A stretch of DNA of 64,000 nucleotides. It comes from a bacterium. GTDB lineage: Bacteria; UBA10199; 2-02-FULL-44-16; JAAZCA01. Position numbers and translations under genes: made by a program. The notes below the pieces were generated by a model. The model saw only the letters and a program-made list of their open reading frames with translations, ran no database searches and was not told where the DNA came from. This document shows positions 1 to 11,900 of this stretch, in pieces. Each line of letters begins with the position of its first letter. The first letter of the stretch is position 1. The DNA lies in NCBI GenBank assembly GCA_963674695.2, contig CAXXGI010000001.1:416001-480000 (forward strand). Direction: 5' to 3'.

Positions 1-418
1 ATCGGAGCAGCTCTATGGCCATAGCCGCACCGAGGTCATCGGAAAACTGCTCGCGGATCTATTGCTCGCACCGGAAGAGGTAAAGAAATTTCAGGAGCTC
101 CTCGATGACATCGTCGCGGGACACGTGGAAACGAAGCCTCGCGAATGGACCGTGCGACATCAGGACGGAACAACGCGGCATGTCCTGTCCAGCATGTTTC
201 CCATCCGCGAACAGGGCACCATCTCGACCATCTTCTGCATGGATGTCGACGTCACCGCCGAACACCAGGCGCGCAGCGACCTCAAAAAACAACTCCAGCT
301 GATGGAGCGCTTCAATCAAGCGGCGATGGGTCGCGAAATGCGCATCCTCGAGCTCAAGGCTGAAATCAATACCCTCCTCAAGACGCTCGGACGCACCGAA
401 AAATTCACGATCGTCTGA
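1..418 (+). CDS. PAS/PAC-domain sensor protein, C-terminal part (truncated by window edge)
   Basis: Frame reads ...YGHSRTEVIGK... then PAC-like REWTVRHQDGTTRHV...DVT and a coiled tail AMGREMRILELKAEIN; stop at 418. Confidence 0.7.
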   Translation, partial: SEQLYGHSRTEVIGKLLADLLLAPEEVKKFQELLDDIVAGHVETKPREWTVRHQDGTTRHVLSSMFPIREQGTISTIFCMDVDVTAEHQARSDLKKQLQLMERFNQAAMGREMRILELKAEINTLLKTLGRTEKFTIV

Positions 419-515
419 TCCTCCCAGACCATCCCGACGATACCGTCTTTTCCTTGTGCTCGCCCGCCTCTTGTGGAAATCTCCCCTCACGCATTTCTTT
501 CCTCCTGGGGGGTCG

Positions 516-3207
<2,692 letters not shown>

Positions 3208-3295
3208 GCTCGTTGTCGATCCGTTCTCTCACGAACCCCCGCACGGCATCACGGGCGTGCGGGTTTGACCATACATTCGCGAAGGATACACACCG

Positions 3296-5026
3296 ATGAT
3301 GCCCAACTCTTGGAAATGGAAACTGGTCCTGTTGGTCGGACTGATCGCGATCTCCCTCTACCTGCTCGTGCCGACGCTCTTCGGCTTTCAGGAGCGCCTC
3401 GAGCGCGCCGAGGCCGAAGGGATGCAACGCCCTTGGTATTTCTCCGTCTTCCCCGAAAAGGGAATCAACCTGGGGCTCGACCTGCGCGGCGGCATCTACA
3501 TGGAGTTCGAGGTCGAGACGGGAAAAGCCATCAGCAACAAGGTCGACATGATCATCGGCGACCTCACGCGTGAGATGAAGAACGATGAGATTGCCTTCAC
3601 CACCATTCGCCAAGACCCCTCGACGCACGCGATCACCATTGCTGGACTTGGCCCCGACGGCAACGCTCGCATCGGGGACATGGTGACCAACACCTGGTCG
3701 AACGTCCTGACCCCTGAGTCGAGCACCGCCGACAGCGCAACGCTCGGCCTGCTGGAGAGCTATGCCTCCTACCTACGCGAGCTGATCATCAAGCAGGCGC
3801 TGGAGAAGGTGCGCAACCGCATCGATCGCTACGGTGTGGCCGAGCCCTCGATCCAACGCTTGGGCTCCGACCGCATCGCGGTGGAGCTCCCGGGCATCAA
3901 GGATCCGGACCGCGCAATCGGCATCATCAAGAAGGCGGGCCAGCTCGAATTCAAGATCATCTCCGACGACATGGACGAAGCCAAACTTCGCCCCCTCATC
4001 GCCGAAGCGCGCAAGGAGCTGAATCTTCCCAACGACTATTCCCTCAAGACCACCGAGCGCATCAACGAGCAGTTGCGTGAGAAGCTTCCGCCGGACACCG
4101 AGATCGCCTTCGAGCTGCAATACGATCCGGTCACGCGCCAGGTCACCGGGGCCGTCCCCTATCTCCTCTATCGCCGCGCCGAAGTGACCGGCGAGATGCT
4201 CAAGAACACCCAGGTCAACGTGCAGAACAACGAACCCTACGTCAGCCTCACCTTCGACGCCCAGGGAACGCAGCTCTTCGGTGAGACCACGACCAAACAT
4301 ACAGGAAAACGGATGGCCATCCTGCTCGACGGCACGGTGACCAAGGCACCCGTAATCCGAGAGCCGATCCTCGGCGGACAGGCGCAGATCACGCTCGGCT
4401 ACGGCGGCTATGGCGACCTGCTCAAGGAGGCCGAGGACCTCACCCTCGTGTTGCAGGAGGGCGCGCTGCCCGCGCAGCTCACCGAGGCCACCAAGACGAT
4501 CGTCGGCCCGAGCCTGGGTGCCGATTCGATCCATAAGGGAATCGTCGCCACGGTCATCGGCGCCATCCTCGTCTTCATCTTCATGATGATCTATTATAAG
4601 TGGTCGGGGGTCATCGCCGACATCGCCCTCATGATCAACCTGATGTTCATCCTCTCAGCGCTCGCGCTCTTTCAGGCCACGCTCACGCTTCCGGGTATCG
4701 CGGGAATCGTGCTGACACTGGGTATGGCGGTAGATGCCAACGTGTTGATCTTCGAGCGCATCCGCGAAGAACTGCGGTCGGGAAAGCCTGTGCGCCAAGC
4801 CATCGACGGCGGCTATCACAATGCCATGCGCACGATCATCGACGCCAACGTCACCACGCTCATCGCAGCGGTCGTGCTCTACCAATTCGGCACCGGGCCC
4901 ATCAAAGGCTTCGCCGTCACGCTGACCATCGGTCTGCTGGTGAGCATGTATACGGCCTGCGTCTGCACCCGCATGGTGTATGATTACTTCCTGACCAAGC
5001 GTCACATGACGAAGGTGAGCATCTAA
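3296..5026 (+). CDS. secD: Protein translocase subunit SecD
   Basis: LGLDLRGG, RIDRYGVAEPSIQ, GMAVDANVLIFERIREE. Confidence 0.97.
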   Translation: MMPNSWKWKLVLLVGLIAISLYLLVPTLFGFQERLERAEAEGMQRPWYFSVFPEKGINLGLDLRGGIYMEFEVETGKAISNKVDMIIGDLTREMKNDEIAFTTIRQDPSTHAITIAGLGPDGNARIGDMVTNTWSNVLTPESSTADSATLGLLESYASYLRELIIKQALEKVRNRIDRYGVAEPSIQRLGSDRIAVELPGIKDPDRAIGIIKKAGQLEFKIISDDMDEAKLRPLIAEARKELNLPNDYSLKTTERINEQLREKLPPDTEIAFELQYDPVTRQVTGAVPYLLYRRAEVTGEMLKNTQVNVQNNEPYVSLTFDAQGTQLFGETTTKHTGKRMAILLDGTVTKAPVIREPILGGQAQITLGYGGYGDLLKEAEDLTLVLQEGALPAQLTEATKTIVGPSLGADSIHKGIVATVIGAILVFIFMMIYYKWSGVIADIALMINLMFILSALALFQATLTLPGIAGIVLTLGMAVDANVLIFERIREELRSGKPVRQAIDGGYHNAMRTIIDANVTTLIAAVVLYQFGTGPIKGFAVTLTIGLLVSMYTACVCTRMVYDYFLTKRHMTKVSI

Positions 5027-5095
5027 AAAAGTTCGATGGTCCGTCGGTTCGATGGTCCGATGGTACAGGCGAACGAACACAAGAGGGTTTTCTCC

Positions 5096-6010
5096 ATGAA
5101 ACAACCGCGATTCAACTTGCCGTTCATCAAATACCGCTACGCCTTCATCGCCCTGTCGGTGATCGCCGTGGTCGCATCGCTCGTCCTGTTCGCGACCAAG
5201 GGGTTCAACTACGGCATCGACTTCAAAGGCGGTGCAAAGATTGAATTTCAATTCACCGAACCGGTGACCGAGAACCAGGTGCGCGAAGCGCTGGCCCCGC
5301 TCGATCTGGGAGATGTCAGCGTCGTGCGCTTCGGCGAAGCCTCCGACAACCGCATGAGCATCAAGGTTGAACTCCCGGAAGAGCATGCCGGTATCGGCGA
5401 ATCCATCTTCACCGCACTGACAACCGCTTTTGGCGAAGGCAACGTAAAACTCGAACAGGAGGAGACCGTCGGCCCCCGCGTGGGCGAAGAACTGCGCCGA
5501 AAAGCGTGGCTCACCATCCTCTTCTCCTGGGTATTGATGCTCATCTACATCGGATATCGCTTCGACTTTCTTTTCGCCCCCGGCGCGGTTATCGCCCTCA
5601 TGCACGACGTCATCATCACGCTGGGTTTCTTCGCGCTCCTGGGAAAAGAGATCAACCTCGCCATCCTCGCGGCGATCCTCACCCTCATCGGCTATTCGAT
5701 CAACGATACCATCGTCGTCTTCGATCGCATCCGCGAAAACAAAAACCGTATTTCGCCGTCGACCATCATGGATGTCGTCAACGAGTGCCTCAACGCGACG
5801 CTCGCGCGAACCATCATCACATCGCTGACCGTGCTCTTCGTGGTCGTGGTGCTCTTCTTCAAAGGCGGCGGCACGCTCCACGACTTCGCCTTTGCACTGA
5901 TCGTCGGCGTGATCGTCGGAACCTATTCCTCGATCTTCATCGCCTCGCCCGTCTATGTCGGCCTCTATGATAACTGGCCACGCATTCGGAAACTCTGGGC
6001 GAAACGGTAA
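5096..6010 (+). CDS. secF: Protein translocase subunit SecF
   Basis: GIDFKGG, GYSINDTIVVFDRIRE, GTYSSIFIA. Confidence 0.97.
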   Translation: MKQPRFNLPFIKYRYAFIALSVIAVVASLVLFATKGFNYGIDFKGGAKIEFQFTEPVTENQVREALAPLDLGDVSVVRFGEASDNRMSIKVELPEEHAGIGESIFTALTTAFGEGNVKLEQEETVGPRVGEELRRKAWLTILFSWVLMLIYIGYRFDFLFAPGAVIALMHDVIITLGFFALLGKEINLAILAAILTLIGYSINDTIVVFDRIRENKNRISPSTIMDVVNECLNATLARTIITSLTVLFVVVVLFFKGGGTLHDFAFALIVGVIVGTYSSIFIASPVYVGLYDNWPRIRKLWAKR

Positions 6011-6014
6011 AATC

Positions 6015-6040
6015 GAGATTCCCGCCTCCGCGGGAATGAC
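6015..6040. repeat. REP-like palindrome, GTCATTCCCGC family (single arm)
   Basis: gagattcccgc-ctcc-gcgggaatgac. Confidence 0.85.
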
Positions 6041-6072
6041 AACACAATGGTAAACGCTTACGTATCTCTCCT

Positions 6073-7779
6073 ATGTCCTACACGTGGACCATCAACACGA
6101 TTGACCTGGAGGCAGCTGCACAGCTTGCCCGTGCGCTCGAGCTGCATCCGATCGTTGCCCAGATCATGATTGGGCGCGGCATCACCCAACCCGAGGCCGC
6201 GCGCCGTTGGCTCGAACCGGAACTGGCCGGACTCCCCGATCCGGATACGCTCCCGGATATGATGCTCGCCACCGAACGCCTTGCCCATGCGATTTCAAAC
6301 GGGGAACGCATCGCCCTCTTCGGCGATTATGACGTGGACGGCGTCTCCGGAACGGCACTGGTCGTGCGCGCCCTGCGTCACCTGGGCGCTGCCCCCCTCT
6401 TCATGCTTCCTTCCCGTCATGGGGAAGGCTATGGGCTGACGACCGCTGCGGTCGAAGCACTGCATGAGCGTGGAGCATCGCTCATCGTCACCGTGGACAA
6501 CGGGACACGCTCATTCGCTGAAGTCGAGCATGCGCGCTCGCTCGGCATGGACGTCATCATTACCGATCATCACGACGCTTCTGCCGGACGGCCGGATGCC
6601 ATCGCCGTGGTCAATCCACAACTCGATGAGCAGCATCCCGAGAACGCGGTCCTGTCCGGCTGCGGCGTGGCATTCATGCTCATGCTGTCGCTGCGCCGAA
6701 ACCTGCGAAATGCCGGCGTTGCCAACGCCGCCACTCTCAACGGCAAGCGTCTGCTCGATCTCGTTGCGCTCGGCACAATTGCCGATATCGTCCCGCTCAC
6801 CGGCCCCAACCGCATTCTCGTGCGCCACGGCTTACAGGAACTCGCTGCGGGAGAACGGGCGGGCGTTCGCGCACTGATGCAAGTGAGCCGAACGTCTCCC
6901 GACGCCCTCACACCGATCACGGTCGCCTTTCAACTCGCTCCGCGGCTCAATGCCGCCGGCCGTATGGGAAGCGCCGAACCGGCGCTCAACCTGCTGCTCA
7001 CCGATGACCCCGATGAGGCCGTGGCACTCGCGACAGAGCTCGACCGAACCAATCAGGAGCGTCGTCAGCTCGAATCGAATATCCTGGCGGAGATCGACAA
7101 AGAACTTTCCGCGGAGGAAGCGCCCCATAGGCCTCGTGGACTGGTCCTGGCCGGATCGGACTGGCATGTGGGTGTGCTGGGTATCGTCGCCTCCAAACTC
7201 GCACGTCGCCTCAACCTCCCTGTGGCCGTCTTCACCACATCGACGACCCCCGCCCGCGGCTCCGCTCGGGCTCCGAATGCGGTCAATCTGATGACCGCGC
7301 TTGGATCCTGCGCCGACCTCCTGGTGCGCTACGGAGGGCATGCCCAGGCCGCCGGCATGTCGATCGATCCGAAGCGGATGGACGCCTTTCGCACCCGTTT
7401 CGACCAATCCTGCCGTCTGCTCTGCTCGGAAACAGCCGGCCCACAGACCGTCGTGGATGCCCTGGTCGATCCGAAGGATGTGAGCCTCGATCTGGTGGAA
7501 CAGCTCGATCGCCTGGAACCCTTCGGCGCCGGAAACCCCGAACCCGTACTCGGCATGCACCACCTCGACGTGGTCGAGCGCCGCATCGTGGGAAAGGGAC
7601 ATCTCAAACTCACGCTCGCGCGCGAAGGCCAGCGTTTCGAGGCCATCGGCTTCTCCTTCGCCGATCGGTTGCAGGAGAGCTGCTCGCGCGTGAGTGCCGC
7701 CTTCGTTCCCCAGATGAACACCTGGAACGGCGTGACGAGCATCCAGCTCAAGCTCAAGGATATCCAGCCGGAGGAATGA
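6073..7779 (+). CDS. recJ: ssDNA-specific exonuclease RecJ
   Basis: GDYDVDG, TVDNG, TDHH, ALGTIADIVPL, YGGHAQAAG, LEPFGAGNPEP. Confidence 0.96.
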   Translation: MSYTWTINTIDLEAAAQLARALELHPIVAQIMIGRGITQPEAARRWLEPELAGLPDPDTLPDMMLATERLAHAISNGERIALFGDYDVDGVSGTALVVRALRHLGAAPLFMLPSRHGEGYGLTTAAVEALHERGASLIVTVDNGTRSFAEVEHARSLGMDVIITDHHDASAGRPDAIAVVNPQLDEQHPENAVLSGCGVAFMLMLSLRRNLRNAGVANAATLNGKRLLDLVALGTIADIVPLTGPNRILVRHGLQELAAGERAGVRALMQVSRTSPDALTPITVAFQLAPRLNAAGRMGSAEPALNLLLTDDPDEAVALATELDRTNQERRQLESNILAEIDKELSAEEAPHRPRGLVLAGSDWHVGVLGIVASKLARRLNLPVAVFTTSTTPARGSARAPNAVNLMTALGSCADLLVRYGGHAQAAGMSIDPKRMDAFRTRFDQSCRLLCSETAGPQTVVDALVDPKDVSLDLVEQLDRLEPFGAGNPEPVLGMHHLDVVERRIVGKGHLKLTLAREGQRFEAIGFSFADRLQESCSRVSAAFVPQMNTWNGVTSIQLKLKDIQPEE

Positions 7780-8147
7780 TGTTCGAAATCGTCGTCGGCC
7801 GAACCTTTCCGGCCGAACATGCCCTGCATCTCAATAGCGAACAGATCGAAGCACCACACGCCCACGACTGGCGCTGTGAGGTCTGCCTTCACAGCGACAC
7901 GCTCGATGACGCTGGATGCGTCATCGACTTCCGCGAGGTCGACGCCGCACTCGATCGCGCGATCGAACCGATCGCCGGCACCGCACTCCAGGAACACCCG
8001 TTCTTTGCGGGAACGAGCCCATCGGCGGAAAATGTCGCGCACTATCTCTATCGCTGTCTCAACCAATCGCTCGCAGGAGGCAGTGCCCACATCGTACGCG
8101 TCACCACATGGGAGGACGCCGAGCACGGAGCATCGTATTGGGAATGA
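7776..8147 (+). CDS. queD: 6-carboxytetrahydropterin synthase / PTPS-family protein
   Basis: F.AEH...EAPHAHDW, VIDF, PSAENVA, WE; lies in the que cluster. Confidence 0.85.
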   Translation: MMFEIVVGRTFPAEHALHLNSEQIEAPHAHDWRCEVCLHSDTLDDAGCVIDFREVDAALDRAIEPIAGTALQEHPFFAGTSPSAENVAHYLYRCLNQSLAGGSAHIVRVTTWEDAEHGASYWE

Positions 8148-8830
8148 AACCGACCGCCATCACATTGCTCTCCGGGGGCCTCGACAGCGCTGTGGCAACG
8201 CAGCTCGCCGCACGCGAATCTGAGATCGCATTGGCGCTCACCTTCGACTACGGCCAGCGCGCTGCCGAACGTGAAATCGCGATCGCGCAGCGCCTTTGCG
8301 CCGACCGCGAGATCGAGCATCGCGTCGTCGCGCTCCCCTGGCTTGGGGGTGAAACCGCGACCGCCCTGGTCGACCGCACCCACGCCCTCCCGGAGCGAAC
8401 GCCCGACGGAGTCGATGCCAACGCCCAAGACAGCGCCGCTGCCGTCTGGGTCCCGGCACGCAATGCAATCTTCATCGCTATCGCCGCCGCCTATGCCGAA
8501 GCGCGTGGAGCGAAACGAATCATCGCCGGCTTCAACATTGAGGAAGCCCAGACCTTTCCCGACAATTCGCAGGGTTTTGTCGATGCCGCCAACGCCCTGC
8601 TGGCATTTGCCACCCGGACGAACGTGCGCGTGGACAGCCCGACCGTCGGAATGTCCAAACCCGAGATCGCGCGCGCCTTCCTCGACCTAAAGATCGCGCC
8701 GAGCGACTTCTGGTGTTGTTATGAAGGAGCGGAAACACTCTGTGGCCGATGCGAATCCTGCGCCCGAACCAAACGCGCCTTTCAAACGATCGGGGCGTGG
8801 GAAACAATCGCCGCGCGATTCGACACCTGA
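8144..8830 (+). CDS. queC: 7-cyano-7-deazaguanine synthase
   Basis: LLSGGLDS, FDYGQR, WVPARNAIF, CY...CGRCESC. Confidence 0.95.
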   Translation: MKPTAITLLSGGLDSAVATQLAARESEIALALTFDYGQRAAEREIAIAQRLCADREIEHRVVALPWLGGETATALVDRTHALPERTPDGVDANAQDSAAAVWVPARNAIFIAIAAAYAEARGAKRIIAGFNIEEAQTFPDNSQGFVDAANALLAFATRTNVRVDSPTVGMSKPEIARAFLDLKIAPSDFWCCYEGAETLCGRCESCARTKRAFQTIGAWETIAARFDT

Positions 8831-8908
8831 ACCAAACCTGACCTCTGGAGGTGCTCCTGACGTGGCGCATGGCGAAGCGATCCGTTTTGGCCTACGAGGA
8901 ACACAACG

Positions 8909-9463
8909 ATGAAGACTCACTGGATCGACGACACAATCACCTATGATGGAACGCAACTGCGTTCCTGCTGGATCACGGAGCAGACCGGTCAGACCGGTGA
9001 TGCCATCGCGGCCTTCGTCGGGCCCGCCGATGTCCCGATCGAAAACATGGTCGACCTCGACGACGTCGCCGCGAACGCCCCGATTTATTCGCCCCTGATG
9101 CTCCACCTCCTCATCGAACACGCGGGCGCCGACATCGCTCTGGGCGTGGCGCGGCAACGACTGCTCACGGCCATCATCGCCGAACTCCTGCACGAGAGCG
9201 GCGCGACCGATCTCGTGCGTCGCGGCGACGACCTCTTCGACGGTGAACGAAAACTCTCCGTCTCGATCGCCACGACCTCTGCGCAGGACACGCTCATCCA
9301 CTTCGCCCTCAACATCGAATGCGAGGGAACGCCCGTGCCAACGCAGGGGCTGGCCCACTACGGCATCGACCCCCAGCAGTTGGGCGAAGCGATCATGCGC
9401 CGCTACGCCGAAGAGATCGCCCAGATGGCCCATGCATGCACAAAAGTACGCTCGGTCCCCTGA
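8909..9463 (+). CDS. DUF366-family protein (BPL/LplA-like fold)
   Basis: YDGTQLRSCW, MVDLDD, MLHLLIEH, RQRLL, RRGDDLF, KLSVSIAT, KVRSV. Confidence 0.85.
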   Translation: MKTHWIDDTITYDGTQLRSCWITEQTGQTGDAIAAFVGPADVPIENMVDLDDVAANAPIYSPLMLHLLIEHAGADIALGVARQRLLTAIIAELLHESGATDLVRRGDDLFDGERKLSVSIATTSAQDTLIHFALNIECEGTPVPTQGLAHYGIDPQQLGEAIMRRYAEEIAQMAHACTKVRSVP

Positions 9464-9551
9464 AGAAAAACACCGCCTATCCGATTGAATTTAAAGCGCT
9501 TTTCATTTTCAACTATTTTCTTTCTGCCGCCAACGCTATGCACGCCCGCAC

Positions 9552-10295
9552 ATGCAAACCACCGCACAGATCGTCGAAATCTTCAGCTCCCGTCAGGGCG
9601 AGGGGCTCTATGTCGGAAAGCCCATGACCTTCCTGCGCTTTGGGCGCTGTGGCCTGCGCTGTCAATACTGCGACACGCCCCAGGGGCTGTGCCATCAGGA
9701 GTCATTTCGCGTCGAGTCGCCCGCAGGATCGGAGTCCTTCGTCGACGAACACAACCCGGTCTCCGCCGCGCGCCTGAGCGAACTGGTCGCGACATTCGAT
9801 GATCCGGTGCTGGCCATCACCGGCGGCGAACCCTTGGAACAGGCCGACTTTCTCGTGCATTGGCTTCCCTCGCAGACGCCGCGCCGAACCATCATGCTCG
9901 AGACCAACGGCATCCACGTGGAGGAGCTCAAGAGGGTCCTCCCCTTCCTGCACATCGTCAGCATGGACATCAAACTCCCCTCGGCGACCGGTCGCCGAGC
10001 CCGCTGGGAGGAACACAAGGCGTTTCTCGAAACAGCGCTGTCCCGAACCGCCGAGGTCTACGCCAAGATCATCGTCACCGCGGAGACGACCGATCGCGAC
10101 ATCGAACGTGCCCTCGACCTGATTGGGCGCACCAACAAGCACATCCCGCTGATCATCCAACCCGCCTCCGCAACACTCACCTTCCATCACCCCGCAACAA
10201 CCGAGCGCATCGAATCGCTCGCACGCCTCTGCGGTGTCTACCTCCCCAATGTGCAGGTCATCCCGCAGATGCACAAACAGTGGGGCGTGCTTTAG
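9552..10295 (+). CDS. queE: 7-carboxy-7-deazaguanine synthase (radical SAM)
   Basis: EIFSSRQGEG, CGLRCQYCDT, TGGEP, LETNG, SMDIKLPS, IPQMHK. Confidence 0.95.
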   Translation: MQTTAQIVEIFSSRQGEGLYVGKPMTFLRFGRCGLRCQYCDTPQGLCHQESFRVESPAGSESFVDEHNPVSAARLSELVATFDDPVLAITGGEPLEQADFLVHWLPSQTPRRTIMLETNGIHVEELKRVLPFLHIVSMDIKLPSATGRRARWEEHKAFLETALSRTAEVYAKIIVTAETTDRDIERALDLIGRTNKHIPLIIQPASATLTFHHPATTERIESLARLCGVYLPNVQVIPQMHKQWGVL

Positions 10296-10327
10296 CACGC
10301 CATCATCCTGCATGCTCCACAACATGA

Positions 10328-10536
10328 CTGTCTGCCACGGCATCCTCCCCTCCGTCGCTCGAGCGCGCTCGCCTCCCTACTCGCCGTGAAAAGATCGCTG
10401 GGTTCAAAAACACGAATTGCGGATCTTCCTTCGTCAGATCGCAACTCGTGAACCCAGTCGATCTTTTCACGACTCATACGGTCGGTCTCGCAGACGCGCT
10501 TTTAGGCTCCTCCGGGAAGGATACCGTGGCAGGCAG
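10328..10536. repeat. Long imperfect palindrome, diverged copy of inner module B
   Basis: Nested stems ctgtctgccacggcatcct/aggataccgtggcaggcag, gtgaaaagatcg/cgatcttttcac, ctgggttca/tgaacccag; loop motifs shared with 23897-24109. Confidence 0.85.
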
Positions 10537-10608
10537 GAAGGCAGTCTATACGACCCTGGGCGATTATGAACCAACACCGAAAGGGGATCTCGACGTACAC
10601 TGACAATC

Positions 10609-10661
10609 GAGATTCCCGCTGGAGCCTGCCCTCGAATAATTGAATCGGGGGCGGGAATGAC
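10609..10661. repeat. REP-like GTCATTCCCGC-family arm with an expanded loop
   Basis: gagattcccgc...gcgggaatgac. Confidence 0.75.
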
Positions 10662-10688
10662 TCCTCACCAACTGACGACACGCCCTGG

Positions 10689-10952
10689 CTACCTGTAGAT
10701 TTCTCTCCGATGACCGATGTCGATGACGACGATCACGAGACGCGAGCGCCGGATTTCGTAGATAATTCGATAGGAACCCATACGGTATTTGTGAAGCCCC
10801 TTGAGTTGTCCCCGAAGGGGCGTGCCGATATCCGGATCTTCGGCAATGCGATCGATGGCACGCGCGAGGCGCTTCCCAAATGCCGGCTGGGCTTTCATAA
10901 GCGTGGCAAACGATTTCTCGGCTTGTTTGGTCAATTCAACACGATAGGACAT
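10689..10952 (-). CDS. RelE/ParE-family type II toxin
   Basis: MSYRVELTKQAEK...PLRGQLKGLHKYRMGSYRIIYEI...DIGHRREIYR. Confidence 0.92.
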   Translation of the reverse strand: MSYRVELTKQAEKSFATLMKAQPAFGKRLARAIDRIAEDPDIGTPLRGQLKGLHKYRMGSYRIIYEIRRSRLVIVVIDIGHRREIYR

Positions 10953-10963
10953 CTCAAAACTCC

Positions 10964-11233
10964 CTAGAGATGATACTTTTCTTTGATCACCTTCCAATCA
11001 ACCGTCCGTCCCGAGCGCGCTTCCGCAAACCCCTTTTTGATTCGTTTGAGGTTCTCCTTATCCTGAACTTCTTCCGCCGTATCCACGAGAGCTTCAAAAT
11101 CATCGAGGGAAAGGAGCACTGCCACCGGCCTGCCATGCTTAGAAACGATATAGCGATCCAGCTCCTCATCGACCTCGTCGATGATTCCCGACAGGTTGGG
11201 GCGCAAATCTTTGAGCGTAATGTGATTATACAT
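10964..11233 (-). CDS. Phd/YefM-family antitoxin
   Basis: ITLKDLRPNLSGIID...IVSKHGRPVAVLLSLDDFE; directly upstream of the toxin. Confidence 0.92.
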   Translation of the reverse strand: MYNHITLKDLRPNLSGIIDEVDEELDRYIVSKHGRPVAVLLSLDDFEALVDTAEEVQDKENLKRIKKGFAEARSGRTVDWKVIKEKYHL

Positions 11234-11256
11234 GATATCCTCCGGGCCTCTTCAAA

Positions 11257-11285
11257 AGAGTACACTATAGGGTACACCATGTCAA
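11257..11285 (-). promoter_or_regulatory. Sigma70-type promoter of the TA operon with GTAC operator-like palindrome
   Basis: Minus strand TTGACA-17 nt-TACTCT; near-palindrome gtaccctatagtgtac overlaps the spacer and -10. Confidence 0.7.
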
Positions 11286-11595
11286 TCATCCAATGCAGCT
11301 CCGCTCACGCTGGGATCGATAGTGCGAGGGTCTATAAGATGATGGGTCAGGTGAGCAGTGAGAGGAAAGGCAAAAAAAAGAACTCTCGCCTCACTGTCCA
11401 TACACAGATTATTCATCATAGAATATGCGTGTTGGCGAACCCTTTGGAAATTCTGAACTGCAGATGCATTTTGCAAATGTTAGAACCAAGAGGTCAATAC
11501 CGACAGACAATAATATGCAACCTTTTCAAACAAACCGACTTCTTTGACTCGATATTCATTTCTACTGTGAAAACATGTGCCATTAATTTTGTCTT

Positions 11596-11805
11596 TCATT
11601 TCGTGGCACAGCTTATATTTCTCGCATAATCTGCAATTTCGCTATCTAAATCTGCCCTTGCTTCCTCTTCGCTATCGCCCTCTCCAATCAAGAACATGTT
11701 ATTCCTACTCTCGAGACAGTCCATAAATTGAAAACGGAAGGATGTAACACAACTGCCTTGATCGTATTTTTCAATAAAAGCATTTGTATGAGCGATGTAT
11801 GACAT
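11596..11805 (-). CDS. Small hypothetical protein in AT-rich segment
   Basis: 69-aa ORF; a GGAGG with a downstream ATG suggests the start lies near 11805; GEGDSEEEARADL loosely HicB-like. Confidence 0.35.
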   Translation of the reverse strand: MSYIAHTNAFIEKYDQGSCVTSFRFQFMDCLESRNNMFLIGEGDSEEEARADLDSEIADYARNISCATK

Positions 11806-11900
11806 GGACGACCTCCGTTACGAAATCATTACGTTATCTTTCCAACAATCACTAGTGGTATCGCCCACCTCAGAAAAAAGTTGCTTGGTTCCCCCCCCCC

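Noticed and set aside
7700-9551. preQ1 riboswitch in the que cluster
   Set aside because: No matching stem plus A-rich tail in the short intergenic gaps.
10328-10536. 6S RNA
   Set aside because: Size and rod shape fit, but it is homologous to multi-copy module B and lacks one large central bubble.
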